From contig CAXBWG010000001.1 of NCBI GenBank assembly GCA_963979105.1, forward strand, positions 1 to 33,392: 33,392 nt of DNA. Direction: 5' to 3'. Below the pieces are notes generated by a model. The model was not told where the DNA came from and made no database searches. It saw only the letters and a program-made list of their open reading frames with translations. Made by a program: the position numbers and the translations under genes. Positions 18,825 through 26,980 of the stretch are shown here, one piece after another (position 1 is the stretch's first letter; each line of letters starts with the position of its first letter). This DNA comes from an uncultured bacterium (GTDB lineage Bacteria > Margulisbacteria > Marinamargulisbacteria > GCA-2716485 > GCA-002719695).

Positions 18825-20632
18825 AAAAAATAATTAAAAGTTTTAAACACAATAATAGAAGAGATATATGCAAATACGGTATAAAATACAAACTGTATAC
18901 TTGCAAAAGCTATACTATTTGTCTCTTTTTTAGAAATTGCTAAAGTAGACATACATTGCAATGCAATCATAAAAAACACAATAAGACTAACAATTGAAGG
19001 CAACTCAAACAATAATTTATTTGAACCATCAAAAGTGGCAAAACTTAAGGTTTCTAACAAATTAGATGAAGTAGCAGAAATACTAAAAATAACAACTAAC
19101 GTAGATACAAACACCTCTCTAGCCGCAAAAGATAACAAAATTGCAACACCCACTCGCCAGTCTAGGCCCATTGGCAAAAAAACAGGTTCAATAAATTTTC
19201 CTATCATAATAATAAAGGAATTTTCTGGAGATGGAAAAAAGGATATTATCCATAATATAATAGATAAAATAAATATAATTGGTCCTGCATTAAAAATAAA
19301 TGAAAAGGTTTGCCTAGTCATTGAATACCAAATATTTAATAAATTTGGATATCTCCACTCAGGAAGCTCTAAATTAAATTTTTTATTTGTTTTACCTGGA
19401 ATAAACCGCCCTACTATAATAGCAACAAAGGCGCTAAGAATTAAACTTATAAGATAAATTAAGGTTAAAGCTAAAGCACTTTTAAAAGCGCTATTAGGAA
19501 ATAACAACGTAAGTAATAAACCATAAACAGGAAGTCTAGCTGAGCATTGCATTAATGGAATAATGAAACAGCAAATTAGTTTAATTTTTTCTTGTTGAAT
19601 ATTTCGTGTCGATAGCATAGCCGGTATTGCGCACGCAAAACCAGACAATAAAGGAACAAAACAACGACCATTTAAACCAATAAAGGATAAAGGTCTATCA
19701 ATGATTATCGCACCTCTAGCTAAATATCCAGAAGATTCCATCAATCCAATCCCAAAAAACAAAAATGCAATTTGAGGAACAAAAATCACAACAGATCCAA
19801 TAGCGTTTATGAGTCCATCCGAAACAAACTTAGCCAAAATAGTGTTAGAGAATATATAAGGAACCGAATTATTAAGCTGTGTAAAAAGAAAGTCAATTAA
19901 ATTAGTAAACGGAGCAGCTAAAGAAAATATACTATAAAAAAATAAAAGCATTATCAGAATAAAAAAAAAGGGCCCCAGATATGGGTTTAAAAACACATTA
20001 TCTAAATCAAAGCGATTATCATCTACACTGGTATATGAAATCTCATTCAAAATAACTTCAATTCTGGAATAATAAGATTTAAAAGAGTCCGTAATATTGG
20101 AATTTAATTGATACTCTGTAAACGAATAATCTTGAAAAAAATGATGAATGTTTTCAAAAGTAGAGTTTGACGAATCTAATTTAAAAACAGGTACATTTAA
20201 CTGTGATTTTAATTTCTCAAAATTAAATTTAACCTTACTTTTATTTGATTTTGAAAACATAGTCAACATAACAACAACAGGAAATCCTTTATCTATTAAC
20301 TGAAGAGTAGTTAAAAGATGCCTACTTGGTTGGTTAACATCCACAAACGAAATAACGAGATTAGGATTTTTAGATGACTGCCCGACTAATGAATTTAAAT
20401 TCTCCAAAGTTTTAACTGAAATTTTTTCATCATCTGATTTTGGTTTTAAAGAATACAAACCAGGGGTATCTAAAAATATTAAATTTTCATTAAAAATCGA
20501 TTTTGCAATACATATTTCAACCGTAGATCCGGGATAATTAACTACTTTAGATTTCTTACCTGTAATTTGATTAAAAAATGTTGTTTTTCCAGAATTAGGA
20601 GGCCCAACCAACGCAATATAGTTTATAGACAT
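18821..20632 (-). CDS. feoB: ferrous iron transporter FeoB
   Basis: N-terminal G-domain (ALVGPPNSGKTTFFN, DTPGLYS) followed by a polytopic membrane domain with gate-like motifs; sits directly after feoA. Confidence 0.9.
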   Translation of the reverse strand: MSINYIALVGPPNSGKTTFFNQITGKKSKVVNYPGSTVEICIAKSIFNENLIFLDTPGLYSLKPKSDDEKISVKTLENLNSLVGQSSKNPNLVISFVDVNQPSRHLLTTLQLIDKGFPVVVMLTMFSKSNKSKVKFNFEKLKSQLNVPVFKLDSSNSTFENIHHFFQDYSFTEYQLNSNITDSFKSYYSRIEVILNEISYTSVDDNRFDLDNVFLNPYLGPFFFILIMLLFFYSIFSLAAPFTNLIDFLFTQLNNSVPYIFSNTILAKFVSDGLINAIGSVVIFVPQIAFLFFGIGLMESSGYLARGAIIIDRPLSFIGLNGRCFVPLLSGFACAIPAMLSTRNIQQEKIKLICCFIIPLMQCSARLPVYGLLLTLLFPNSAFKSALALTLIYLISLILSAFVAIIVGRFIPGKTNKKFNLELPEWRYPNLLNIWYSMTRQTFSFIFNAGPIIFILSIILWIISFFPSPENSFIIMIGKFIEPVFLPMGLDWRVGVAILLSFAAREVFVSTLVVIFSISATSSNLLETLSFATFDGSNKLLFELPSIVSLIVFFMIALQCMSTLAISKKETNSIAFASIQFVFYTVFAYISSIIVFKTFNYFF

Positions 20633-20641
20633 AAAAATAAA

Positions 20642-20860
20642 CTATACAACTAATATCTGTTCTGCTTCAAATTTCCTAATAGCAACTCTTGCTCCCCTCA
20701 GCATAACAGTGATAGGTCCTGAAAAAATTGATTCTGAAATTATTGTAGCTTTAGTCCCGGGAACAAATCCTAAAATTTCTAATTCTTCTTCGTGTTCTTT
20801 ATTTACTAAAGATTCAATTGTAATTGTTTTCTTTTTTTTAACTTCACTTAATTTATACAT
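20642..20860 (-). CDS. feoA: FeoA (SH3-like ferrous iron transport accessory protein)
   Basis: 72 aa with LEILGFVPGTKATIIS...GPITVMLRGARVAIRKFEAEQI, typical of the FeoA fold; 9 nt upstream of feoB. Confidence 0.8.
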   Translation of the reverse strand: MYKLSEVKKKKTITIESLVNKEHEEELEILGFVPGTKATIISESIFSGPITVMLRGARVAIRKFEAEQILVV

Positions 20861-20879
20861 TTTAATTCCCTAAATAAGA

Positions 20880-21569
20880 CTAAGTCTCATTATCTTTAAA
20901 TAGTTTATTTTTGTCAATCATAAAACGATATTTTTTAAAAAAAATAACAATTCCAGTCAAAATAATTACCAATAAAAAAACACTTACAATAGTATTAATT
21001 TTTTTAAAAAATACATGTGGTAAATATCCAGTATGTAATGACCGAATAAATTCCCAAAAATCCCAAGGGGACCTATTAATAAAATGCTGAAACCAAGCAT
21101 TATCTTTATATTCATACCCCCCCTGATTGGTAGTAATAAATAACTGATTCTGATTTGAGCTAACAGAATATAATTCATATGAATCAGGGATAAGTATTCT
21201 TTCAAAAGAATAGGTATTAGGATCCATTTTAAACAACAATCCATTTGATAACCCAATCCAATATGCCTGTTTAAAAAACACAATATCTATAATATATTTA
21301 GAAGAAAATGGAATAGAAATCTCTTTAAAACGTTTTAAATCAGAAGATAAAAACAAAGAAAAACGAGTAACTATAAAATAATTATCTTGAAAAACAAATG
21401 TCATTTTCGGATATTGTTGGTAAGGATCATCAATTATTTCATTTGATTTAAAATTATCTGGGTTATTTAAAATAATTCCAGTTAAAACCAAAGATAAAAT
21501 AAAAATAGCTGATATCACTCCAAGCCAAGAATGAATTAACGTAAAATATTTAGTCTTAATAAAACGCAT
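20880..21569 (-). CDS. PepSY_TM-like two-TM membrane protein with a periplasmic loop (VciB/FoxB-like candidate ferric reductase component)
   Basis: TM1 carries LIHSWLGVISAIFILSLVLTGIIL (His13, codon 21531-21533). The pre-TM2 segment carries FIRSLHTGYLPH (His179, codon 21033-21035) followed by TIVSVFLLVIILTGIVIFF. These H-x-W-x-G and L-H-x-G signatures are those of PepSY-associated TM helices. Confidence 0.6.
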   Translation of the reverse strand: MRFIKTKYFTLIHSWLGVISAIFILSLVLTGIILNNPDNFKSNEIIDDPYQQYPKMTFVFQDNYFIVTRFSLFLSSDLKRFKEISIPFSSKYIIDIVFFKQAYWIGLSNGLLFKMDPNTYSFERILIPDSYELYSVSSNQNQLFITTNQGGYEYKDNAWFQHFINRSPWDFWEFIRSLHTGYLPHVFFKKINTIVSVFLLVIILTGIVIFFKKYRFMIDKNKLFKDNET

Positions 21570-21578
21570 TTTACACCT

Positions 21579-22127
21579 TTATATTAAATATCCAATAATA
21601 ACTAACGCACGTTTAACCCCACTTGCAATAGACCATGTTGAAATTGTAGCCCCAGAAATACCCATAATATCTTTATCTACAACTAATCCATCAGATTTTG
21701 TTTTATTAATAAACTGTTTTAAAAATCGTTTTTTTCGTATTTCACTGCCGATTTTTTCTCGATAAACCATCACAACAACTTGTTTTACTTTTAAATCTGA
21801 AGTAATCCCCGTCATAAAAGTAATAGGCTTATACTTACCTTTTTCATCCAACACTAAACAATACCCAATTAAATTGTCTTTTGTACTGACTTTATAAAAA
21901 ACCAATTTAGAATTAGTAATAAAAAAACCAAGCTTTTTTTCGATTTCTTGTTTAGTTTTAGCATCTAAAGTAATTTCCTTTTTTAAAAAAGAATCAGTAT
22001 TAGGAAAAATTTTATGTATAGCCTCATTTGCACTATAATAGACTTTACTATAATAAATACCTTCGTCACTATAACTCTGTTGAGATAAGAGAAACAAAAA
22101 AATAATTACTAAAAACCGAATCCTCAT
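21579..22127 (-). CDS. secreted FMN_bind-domain protein with an ApbE flavinylation motif
   Basis: Sec signal MRIRFLVIIFLFLLSQQSYS. The C-terminal DKDIMGISGATISTWSI matches the D-x-x-SGAT flavinylation site also seen in NqrC (VDGISGATITS) in this window. The S-G-A-T codons were verified at 21645-21656. Confidence 0.75.
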   Translation of the reverse strand: MRIRFLVIIFLFLLSQQSYSDEGIYYSKVYYSANEAIHKIFPNTDSFLKKEITLDAKTKQEIEKKLGFFITNSKLVFYKVSTKDNLIGYCLVLDEKGKYKPITFMTGITSDLKVKQVVVMVYREKIGSEIRKKRFLKQFINKTKSDGLVVDKDIMGISGATISTWSIASGVKRALVIIGYLI

Positions 22128-22132
22128 TAAAA

Positions 22133-23335
22133 TTAAAACCCAACGGCTACAGAAGAAATAAATTGTGTTTTATAACCTGTTTCTGAAACTTGGCGATAAT
22201 CATCTTGAGAAATTTCAAATTTATAAACAACAGATTCGGTAGGTCTGAAATTAAAGCCTAAAGTATATCGAACTGTAGTATTATTTAATACAGTATCTGT
22301 GTTCACATATCCTAATCTAGAAAATAAAGTTATAACAGGTTTAGATAGCGAAGGCAGTTTTTTTCGTAAATACCCCTGTAGTACATGAGATCTAAACTCT
22401 AAGTAGCCACCTTCCATTTGAGCAGGAATGGAACTATATCCATCATTATCAATAAAAGCTTTAGCAAATTCTAATAGTGTTTCATATCTACCATTTTTAT
22501 AAAATAGATCTATACCTGTTAAAAGTAAATTATTCTTACCAGCATCATCATAATTACCAGAATATAAACTCATACCCAAATTAAGACCTAAACTTGGAGA
22601 AACCTCTACTCTAGCAGCTATTGCTTTTGATCCATTATTATCTTGTTTATAATTAGGACGAGATTTTCTAATTCCTTCTGATAGTGATATGTCATCAGCC
22701 GTAGATCCAGAAGTATCGGCTAACCCATTAAATACATATAGCTCATAACCCAACTCTAAATCTTGTATATCTTTCTGACCATAAAACCCAACTCCCGTGT
22801 CCATCCATGTTGAAGGTACAATATATGAAGAATAAATGGGCCGCTGAGTAGCCTCTCTTACATCGGAATCATGTAACACATTTACTCGTCCAAAGGGAAC
22901 TAAAATTATGCCAACTCGATTTACAAATAACTCAGATACACGATAATCTAACCAAGCTTGCTCAATTTTAATTTCGCCTTTTTGAACACCACTTGCAGAA
23001 TTTGTAACATAACCTCCATATTCAAACTCAATTTCAGAGTTAATTAAAATATCTTCATGCACCTGCGAAGACACCTCAAGAATAAATCGATGGGCTTTAA
23101 AAGTCGAACTTGAATCTGACTTAGACGAAGTATAATCAGAATCTAAAACATTAACATATTCAGTATCAAAATAACCCCCAATAGATCTTTGCCCAATCCT
23201 ATCAAATGCAGTTATAGAACGCCCTCCAGGCCCATTTCTATCTAAAATAGGATTAGAAAAAATATAAGAATTAACAGTAGTTAACATAAGAATAATACCC
23301 ACTAATAATAACTTTTTAAAAACAACATTACACAT
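22133..23335 (-). CDS. outer-membrane beta-barrel porin-like protein
   Basis: N-terminal signal peptide, Gly/Tyr/Asp-rich alternating beta-strand pattern, and a C-terminal ...SSVAVGF ending in Phe (the classical OMP terminus). GAGGT RBS at 23341-23345. Confidence 0.6.
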   Translation of the reverse strand: MCNVVFKKLLLVGIILMLTTVNSYIFSNPILDRNGPGGRSITAFDRIGQRSIGGYFDTEYVNVLDSDYTSSKSDSSSTFKAHRFILEVSSQVHEDILINSEIEFEYGGYVTNSASGVQKGEIKIEQAWLDYRVSELFVNRVGIILVPFGRVNVLHDSDVREATQRPIYSSYIVPSTWMDTGVGFYGQKDIQDLELGYELYVFNGLADTSGSTADDISLSEGIRKSRPNYKQDNNGSKAIAARVEVSPSLGLNLGMSLYSGNYDDAGKNNLLLTGIDLFYKNGRYETLLEFAKAFIDNDGYSSIPAQMEGGYLEFRSHVLQGYLRKKLPSLSKPVITLFSRLGYVNTDTVLNNTTVRYTLGFNFRPTESVVYKFEISQDDYRQVSETGYKTQFISSVAVGF

Positions 23336-23350
23336 AACATACCTCTATTT

Positions 23351-23369
23351 GATATTGAGTCTCAATATT
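23351..23369. promoter_or_regulatory. Fur-box-like operator (perfect 8-1-8 palindrome ATATTGAG-T-CTCAATAT at 23352-23368)
   Basis: Counted by hand, GATATTGAGTCTCAATATT matches the 19-bp Fur consensus GATAATGATAATCATTATC at 13 of 19 positions. It overlaps the predicted -10 and start site of the porin operon. A Fur-family gene is in the window. Confidence 0.45.
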
Positions 23370-23393
23370 AATATGGAACATCGTAACAATCAA
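23365..23393 (-). promoter_or_regulatory. candidate sigma70-type promoter of the porin/FMN_bind/PepSY_TM/feoAB operon
   Basis: The minus strand reads TTGATT (23388-23393), a 17-nt spacer, then TAATAT (23365-23370). The predicted 5' UTR is about 20 nt and contains GAGGT. Confidence 0.4.
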
Positions 23394-23400
23394 TAGTTTT

Positions 23401-23422
23401 AAAAAAAACTAAATTTCTTAGT
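23401..23422 (-). terminator. weak candidate intrinsic terminator after apbE
   Basis: The minus strand reads ACTAA-GAAAT-TTAGT (23408-23422), and the final stem T (23408) runs into seven more T (23401-23407), giving a run of eight T. The stem is only 5 bp and AT-rich, so this is weak. Confidence 0.25.
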
Positions 23423-23448
23423 ACAATAATTTTATAAAAAAATTAAAT

Positions 23449-24489
23449 TTAAAATTCAATTTGTGAAGACGAAACATATTTTGAAAATCCAGAGGAGCTA
23501 AACAATTTTAGGCTCGCATCTTTTTGTCGTACAACAAACAAACATTCAACATCTTTATAAGATTCAACAATACTTAACCCTCTATTTAACCCTATTACAA
23601 AAAGTGAAGTAGCAAGCGCATCTGAAAGCATGCAGTTAGGTGCAATTACAGTAACAGACGCAATATTATTTGATATCGGCTTACCAATTCGCGGATCAAA
23701 TAAATGAGAATAAATAACATTATCCTTTTCAAAATAGTTCTTGTAATCTCCACTTGTTGCAATAGAGTTGTTTTTTAAATTCAACGTTAACAACAATTCA
23801 TTATCAGATTTAAAGTATTGGGGATTAAGTACTCCTATATTCCAACCAGAATCTTTTTTGGAAGAACCAACACGAACCTCACCACCTATTTCTACCATGT
23901 ATCTATCTACACCAATTTCAGTAAGAATCTCAACAATTTGATCAACCCCATACCCTTTTACAATAGATGACAAATTCAAACTAAACTTAGAATGATTCTT
24001 TTTTAATTTAGTATCTTTAATAACTAATTTGTTAAAGCCTACATAATCAAATACTTCTTTAACTTGATCATCAGTTGGAATTTCATAATATATTGTATTA
24101 TTACCAAATCCCCATAAATCAAATAATGGTTTCATTGATGGATCATAAGCACCTTTACTTAATTCATATATATCATTAGCCGTTTTCAAAACACCAACCA
24201 ATTCAGGAGACACATCAACAAAATCAGTACTTTTAAGGGTATTAAATTTACTTAATTCCGAATGATCATTCCATGTAGAAAATGTCATATTAATACTATG
24301 AAGCTTTTGTGTAATTTGTTTTTCTAAAGATTTTTTAGATCTCCATGAATCAACATACACTTTAATCGTATAAGTTGTTCCCATAGTCTCACCACGAAAC
24401 ACTAAAAACTTATCTTGAAAAACCCAAATAACAAATACTGGAATAAAAAAAAGAAACAAAAATAAAAATAACCGCTGTTTTAGAGTCAT
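23449..24489 (-). CDS. apbE: FAD:protein FMN transferase (flavin transferase ApbE)
   Basis: N-terminal membrane anchor or signal, plus motifs YDPSMKPL, KGYGVDQ, EIGGEV, ATSGDYKNYF, SDALATSLF. It immediately follows nqrF, as in canonical nqr loci. Confidence 0.9.
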   Translation of the reverse strand: MTLKQRLFLFLFLFFIPVFVIWVFQDKFLVFRGETMGTTYTIKVYVDSWRSKKSLEKQITQKLHSINMTFSTWNDHSELSKFNTLKSTDFVDVSPELVGVLKTANDIYELSKGAYDPSMKPLFDLWGFGNNTIYYEIPTDDQVKEVFDYVGFNKLVIKDTKLKKNHSKFSLNLSSIVKGYGVDQIVEILTEIGVDRYMVEIGGEVRVGSSKKDSGWNIGVLNPQYFKSDNELLLTLNLKNNSIATSGDYKNYFEKDNVIYSHLFDPRIGKPISNNIASVTVIAPNCMLSDALATSLFVIGLNRGLSIVESYKDVECLFVVRQKDASLKLFSSSGFSKYVSSSQIEF

Positions 24490-24504
24490 CTTTGTAATTA
24501 AATA

Positions 24505-25722
24505 CTATCCAAAATCATCAAAACGAATCATTTCTCTATCAACGCCAATATTATCAAGCATTTCCATCATGCATTTAAGCATAATCGGGGGTCCACACAA
24601 ATAATATTCAATTTCTGTAGGATCTTCATGCTTTGATAAATAATTATCATAAAGAGCATTATGAATAAATCCAGTTAACCCCTTCCAGTTATCTCCTTTT
24701 AAAGGATCAGATAACGCAACATGATAATCAAAGTTATCTAGTTTATCTTCTAACGTTTTAAACTCATCATCATAAAACATTTCCCTTTTAGATCGTGCCC
24801 CATACCAAAAAGTTGTTTTACGTTTTGTATTTAGTGTTTTAAGCTGATCAAAAATATGACTTCTCATTGGAGCCATTCCAGCACCACCCCCAACAAAACA
24901 CATTTCTCTATCTGTTTCCTGAACAAAAAACTCACCAAAAGGTCCGCTAACATCTATTTTATCTCCAGGTTTTAAATCAAAAATAAAAGAAGACCCTATT
25001 CCTGGAGGGAAATTAGTTCCAGGAGGAGATGTAGCGATTCTTACATTTAACATAATCATACCTTTTTCAGCAGGATAGTTTGCCATTGAATAAGCTCGAA
25101 ATAACTCTGTATCATTACTAGCTTGAGTATCCCATAATTTAAACTTATCCCAGTCTTCTTTATACTCATCTTCAACTATAAAACTACTAAACTGAGTCGT
25201 AAACGGAGGAATATAAAGTTGAATATATCCACCTGCTTTAAAATTCATATCTAACCCAGTAGGAAGCTTTAATCGAAGCTCTTTAATAAATGTTGCTACA
25301 TTTTCATTTGACACAACTTCACATTCAAACTTTTTAATAGAAAAAATTTCATCTGGAACTTTAATTTTAACATCATTTCTTATTTTCACCTGACACCCTA
25401 AACGAACACAAGACTTTCTTTCTGCAATAGATAAATGAGGTAATTCTGTCGGTAAAACATCCCCCCCACCAGCTAAAACTTCTACCTTACACATTGCACA
25501 TGTTCCCCCTCCGCCACATGCAGAAGGTAAAAATATTCCTGTATCAGATAAAGCAGATAACAGATTAGTTCCAGAACTAACTGTTGGACTTTTTTCTTCA
25601 TCTCCATTAATTAAAACAAGACAATCACTAGATCCAATAATATTTTTTTCTACAAAATACAACATCGTTACTAAACTCATAATAATAAATAGAAAAACAC
25701 CAATACTAATAATATAAACCAT
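24505..25722 (-). CDS. nqrF: Na+-translocating NADH:quinone oxidoreductase subunit F
   Basis: N-terminal TM, 2Fe-2S ferredoxin motif CGGGGTCAMCKV, FAD/NADH domain RAYSMANYP and GGGAGMAP. Start set at ATG 25722, preceded by GGGAG; the track's TTG at 25755 overlaps nqrE. Confidence 0.92.
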   Translation of the reverse strand: MVYIISIGVFLFIIMSLVTMLYFVEKNIIGSSDCLVLINGDEEKSPTVSSGTNLLSALSDTGIFLPSACGGGGTCAMCKVEVLAGGGDVLPTELPHLSIAERKSCVRLGCQVKIRNDVKIKVPDEIFSIKKFECEVVSNENVATFIKELRLKLPTGLDMNFKAGGYIQLYIPPFTTQFSSFIVEDEYKEDWDKFKLWDTQASNDTELFRAYSMANYPAEKGMIMLNVRIATSPPGTNFPPGIGSSFIFDLKPGDKIDVSGPFGEFFVQETDREMCFVGGGAGMAPMRSHIFDQLKTLNTKRKTTFWYGARSKREMFYDDEFKTLEDKLDNFDYHVALSDPLKGDNWKGLTGFIHNALYDNYLSKHEDPTEIEYYLCGPPIMLKCMMEMLDNIGVDREMIRFDDFG

Positions 25723-25732
25723 GAATTTCTCC

Positions 25733-26347
25733 CTATGTAAGCTTAATACCCGCAAACGACATAAACGCCATTGCGATTAATCCAGTAACTATCATGTTAA
25801 TTGCAAACCCATCTAAACCTTTGGGCAAATTTGCATATTTTAATTTTTGAAGAACTGCTGAAAATGCAACTATTGCTAAGAACCAGCCAATACCCGAGCT
25901 AAAACCAAAAACCACAGCCTCTGAAAACGTATAATTTCGTTGTTCCATAAATAAAGACGTTCCTAAAATAGCACAATTTACTGCAATCAAAGGTAAAAAT
26001 ATTCCAAGAGATGTATATAAACCTGGCGAAAATTTTTCCATTAACATTTCAACTAATTGAACTTGAGACGCAATAACAGCAATAAACGAGATAAACACTA
26101 GAAAACTTAAATCTAATTCAGGAAACCCCATCCAAGCCAATGCTCCTGGCTTTAGAAAAAAATGATTAATAGCCCAATTAACAGGTGTTGTAATTGTTAA
26201 AACAAAAATAACAGCTAGCCCTAAACCCGTAGCCGTTTTAATATTTTTAGCACATCCTAAAAAAGAACACATTCCCAAAAATAATGCTAATAATATATTA
26301 TTTATAAATATTGACTCTAAACCTAAACTTACTAAATGCGCAACCAT
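25733..26347 (-). CDS. nqrE: Na+-NQR subunit E
   Basis: NqrE/RnfA family polytopic protein, 204 aa, with conserved cysteines in LGMCSFLGC and AVNCAILGTS. Confidence 0.9.
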   Translation of the reverse strand: MVAHLVSLGLESIFINNILLALFLGMCSFLGCAKNIKTATGLGLAVIFVLTITTPVNWAINHFFLKPGALAWMGFPELDLSFLVFISFIAVIASQVQLVEMLMEKFSPGLYTSLGIFLPLIAVNCAILGTSLFMEQRNYTFSEAVVFGFSSGIGWFLAIVAFSAVLQKLKYANLPKGLDGFAINMIVTGLIAMAFMSFAGIKLT

Positions 26348-26359
26348 TACCCTTACTCC

Positions 26360-26980
26360 TTAAGCCTTACTTGTAACCAAATTTTGAATCCAAACTAATA
26401 CCCCTATTAAAATAAACGCACCTGGTGCTAACAACATTAACCCCATGTCAACATAGCCTAAATCATACACAAATTGCGGAATAACTTTTACGCCAAATAA
26501 AGCACCTGAGCCTAACAGCTCTCTAAAAAACCCAACTAAAACTAAAATATAGCCATAACCTAATCCATTACCAATACCATCCCACATAGACAACCAAGGT
26601 CCATTTGCTAATGCAAAGGCTTCTGCACGTCCCATAATAATACAATTCGTAATAATCAACCCAACAAAAACACTAAGTTGTTTACTCACATCAAACATAA
26701 ATGCTTTTAAAAATTGATCTGCTAAAATAACCAACGTAGAAATAACAACTAATTCTACAATAATTCGAATATTTTTTGGAATTGCATTTCTAAGAATAGA
26801 AATCGTAATATTAGAAAAAGTTAATACAAACGTCATTGCAAGAACCATAACTATAGACGGTATAATTTGAGTTGTAACAGCCAAAGATGAACAAATTCCT
26901 AAAATAGCTACAGAAATTGGATTTGCCTCTATAATTGGTTTTTTAAACGTTTTAAATGCATCTGTGTTAAATATATTCAT
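26360..26980 (-). CDS. nqrD: Na+-NQR subunit D
   Basis: NqrD/RnfE family, 206 aa, with conserved cysteines in ILGICSSLAV and ITNCIIMGRAEAF. Confidence 0.9.
   Translation of the reverse strand: MNIFNTDAFKTFKKPIIEANPISVAILGICSSLAVTTQIIPSIVMVLAMTFVLTFSNITISILRNAIPKNIRIIVELVVISTLVILADQFLKAFMFDVSKQLSVFVGLIITNCIIMGRAEAFALANGPWLSMWDGIGNGLGYGYILVLVGFFRELLGSGALFGVKVIPQFVYDLGYVDMGLMLLAPGAFILIGVLVWIQNLVTSKA

Noticed and set aside
19035-19457. 140-aa + strand ORF antisense to feoB
   Set aside because: It is completely contained in the feoB membrane domain on the opposite strand, with no start context or recognisable motif. I judged it a shadow ORF.
20984-21283. 99-aa - strand ORF overlapping the PepSY_TM-like gene in a different frame
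   Set aside because: It is on the same strand as, and nested in, the longer 229-aa ORF, which has coherent TM and His signatures and operon spacing. The nested ORF has neither.
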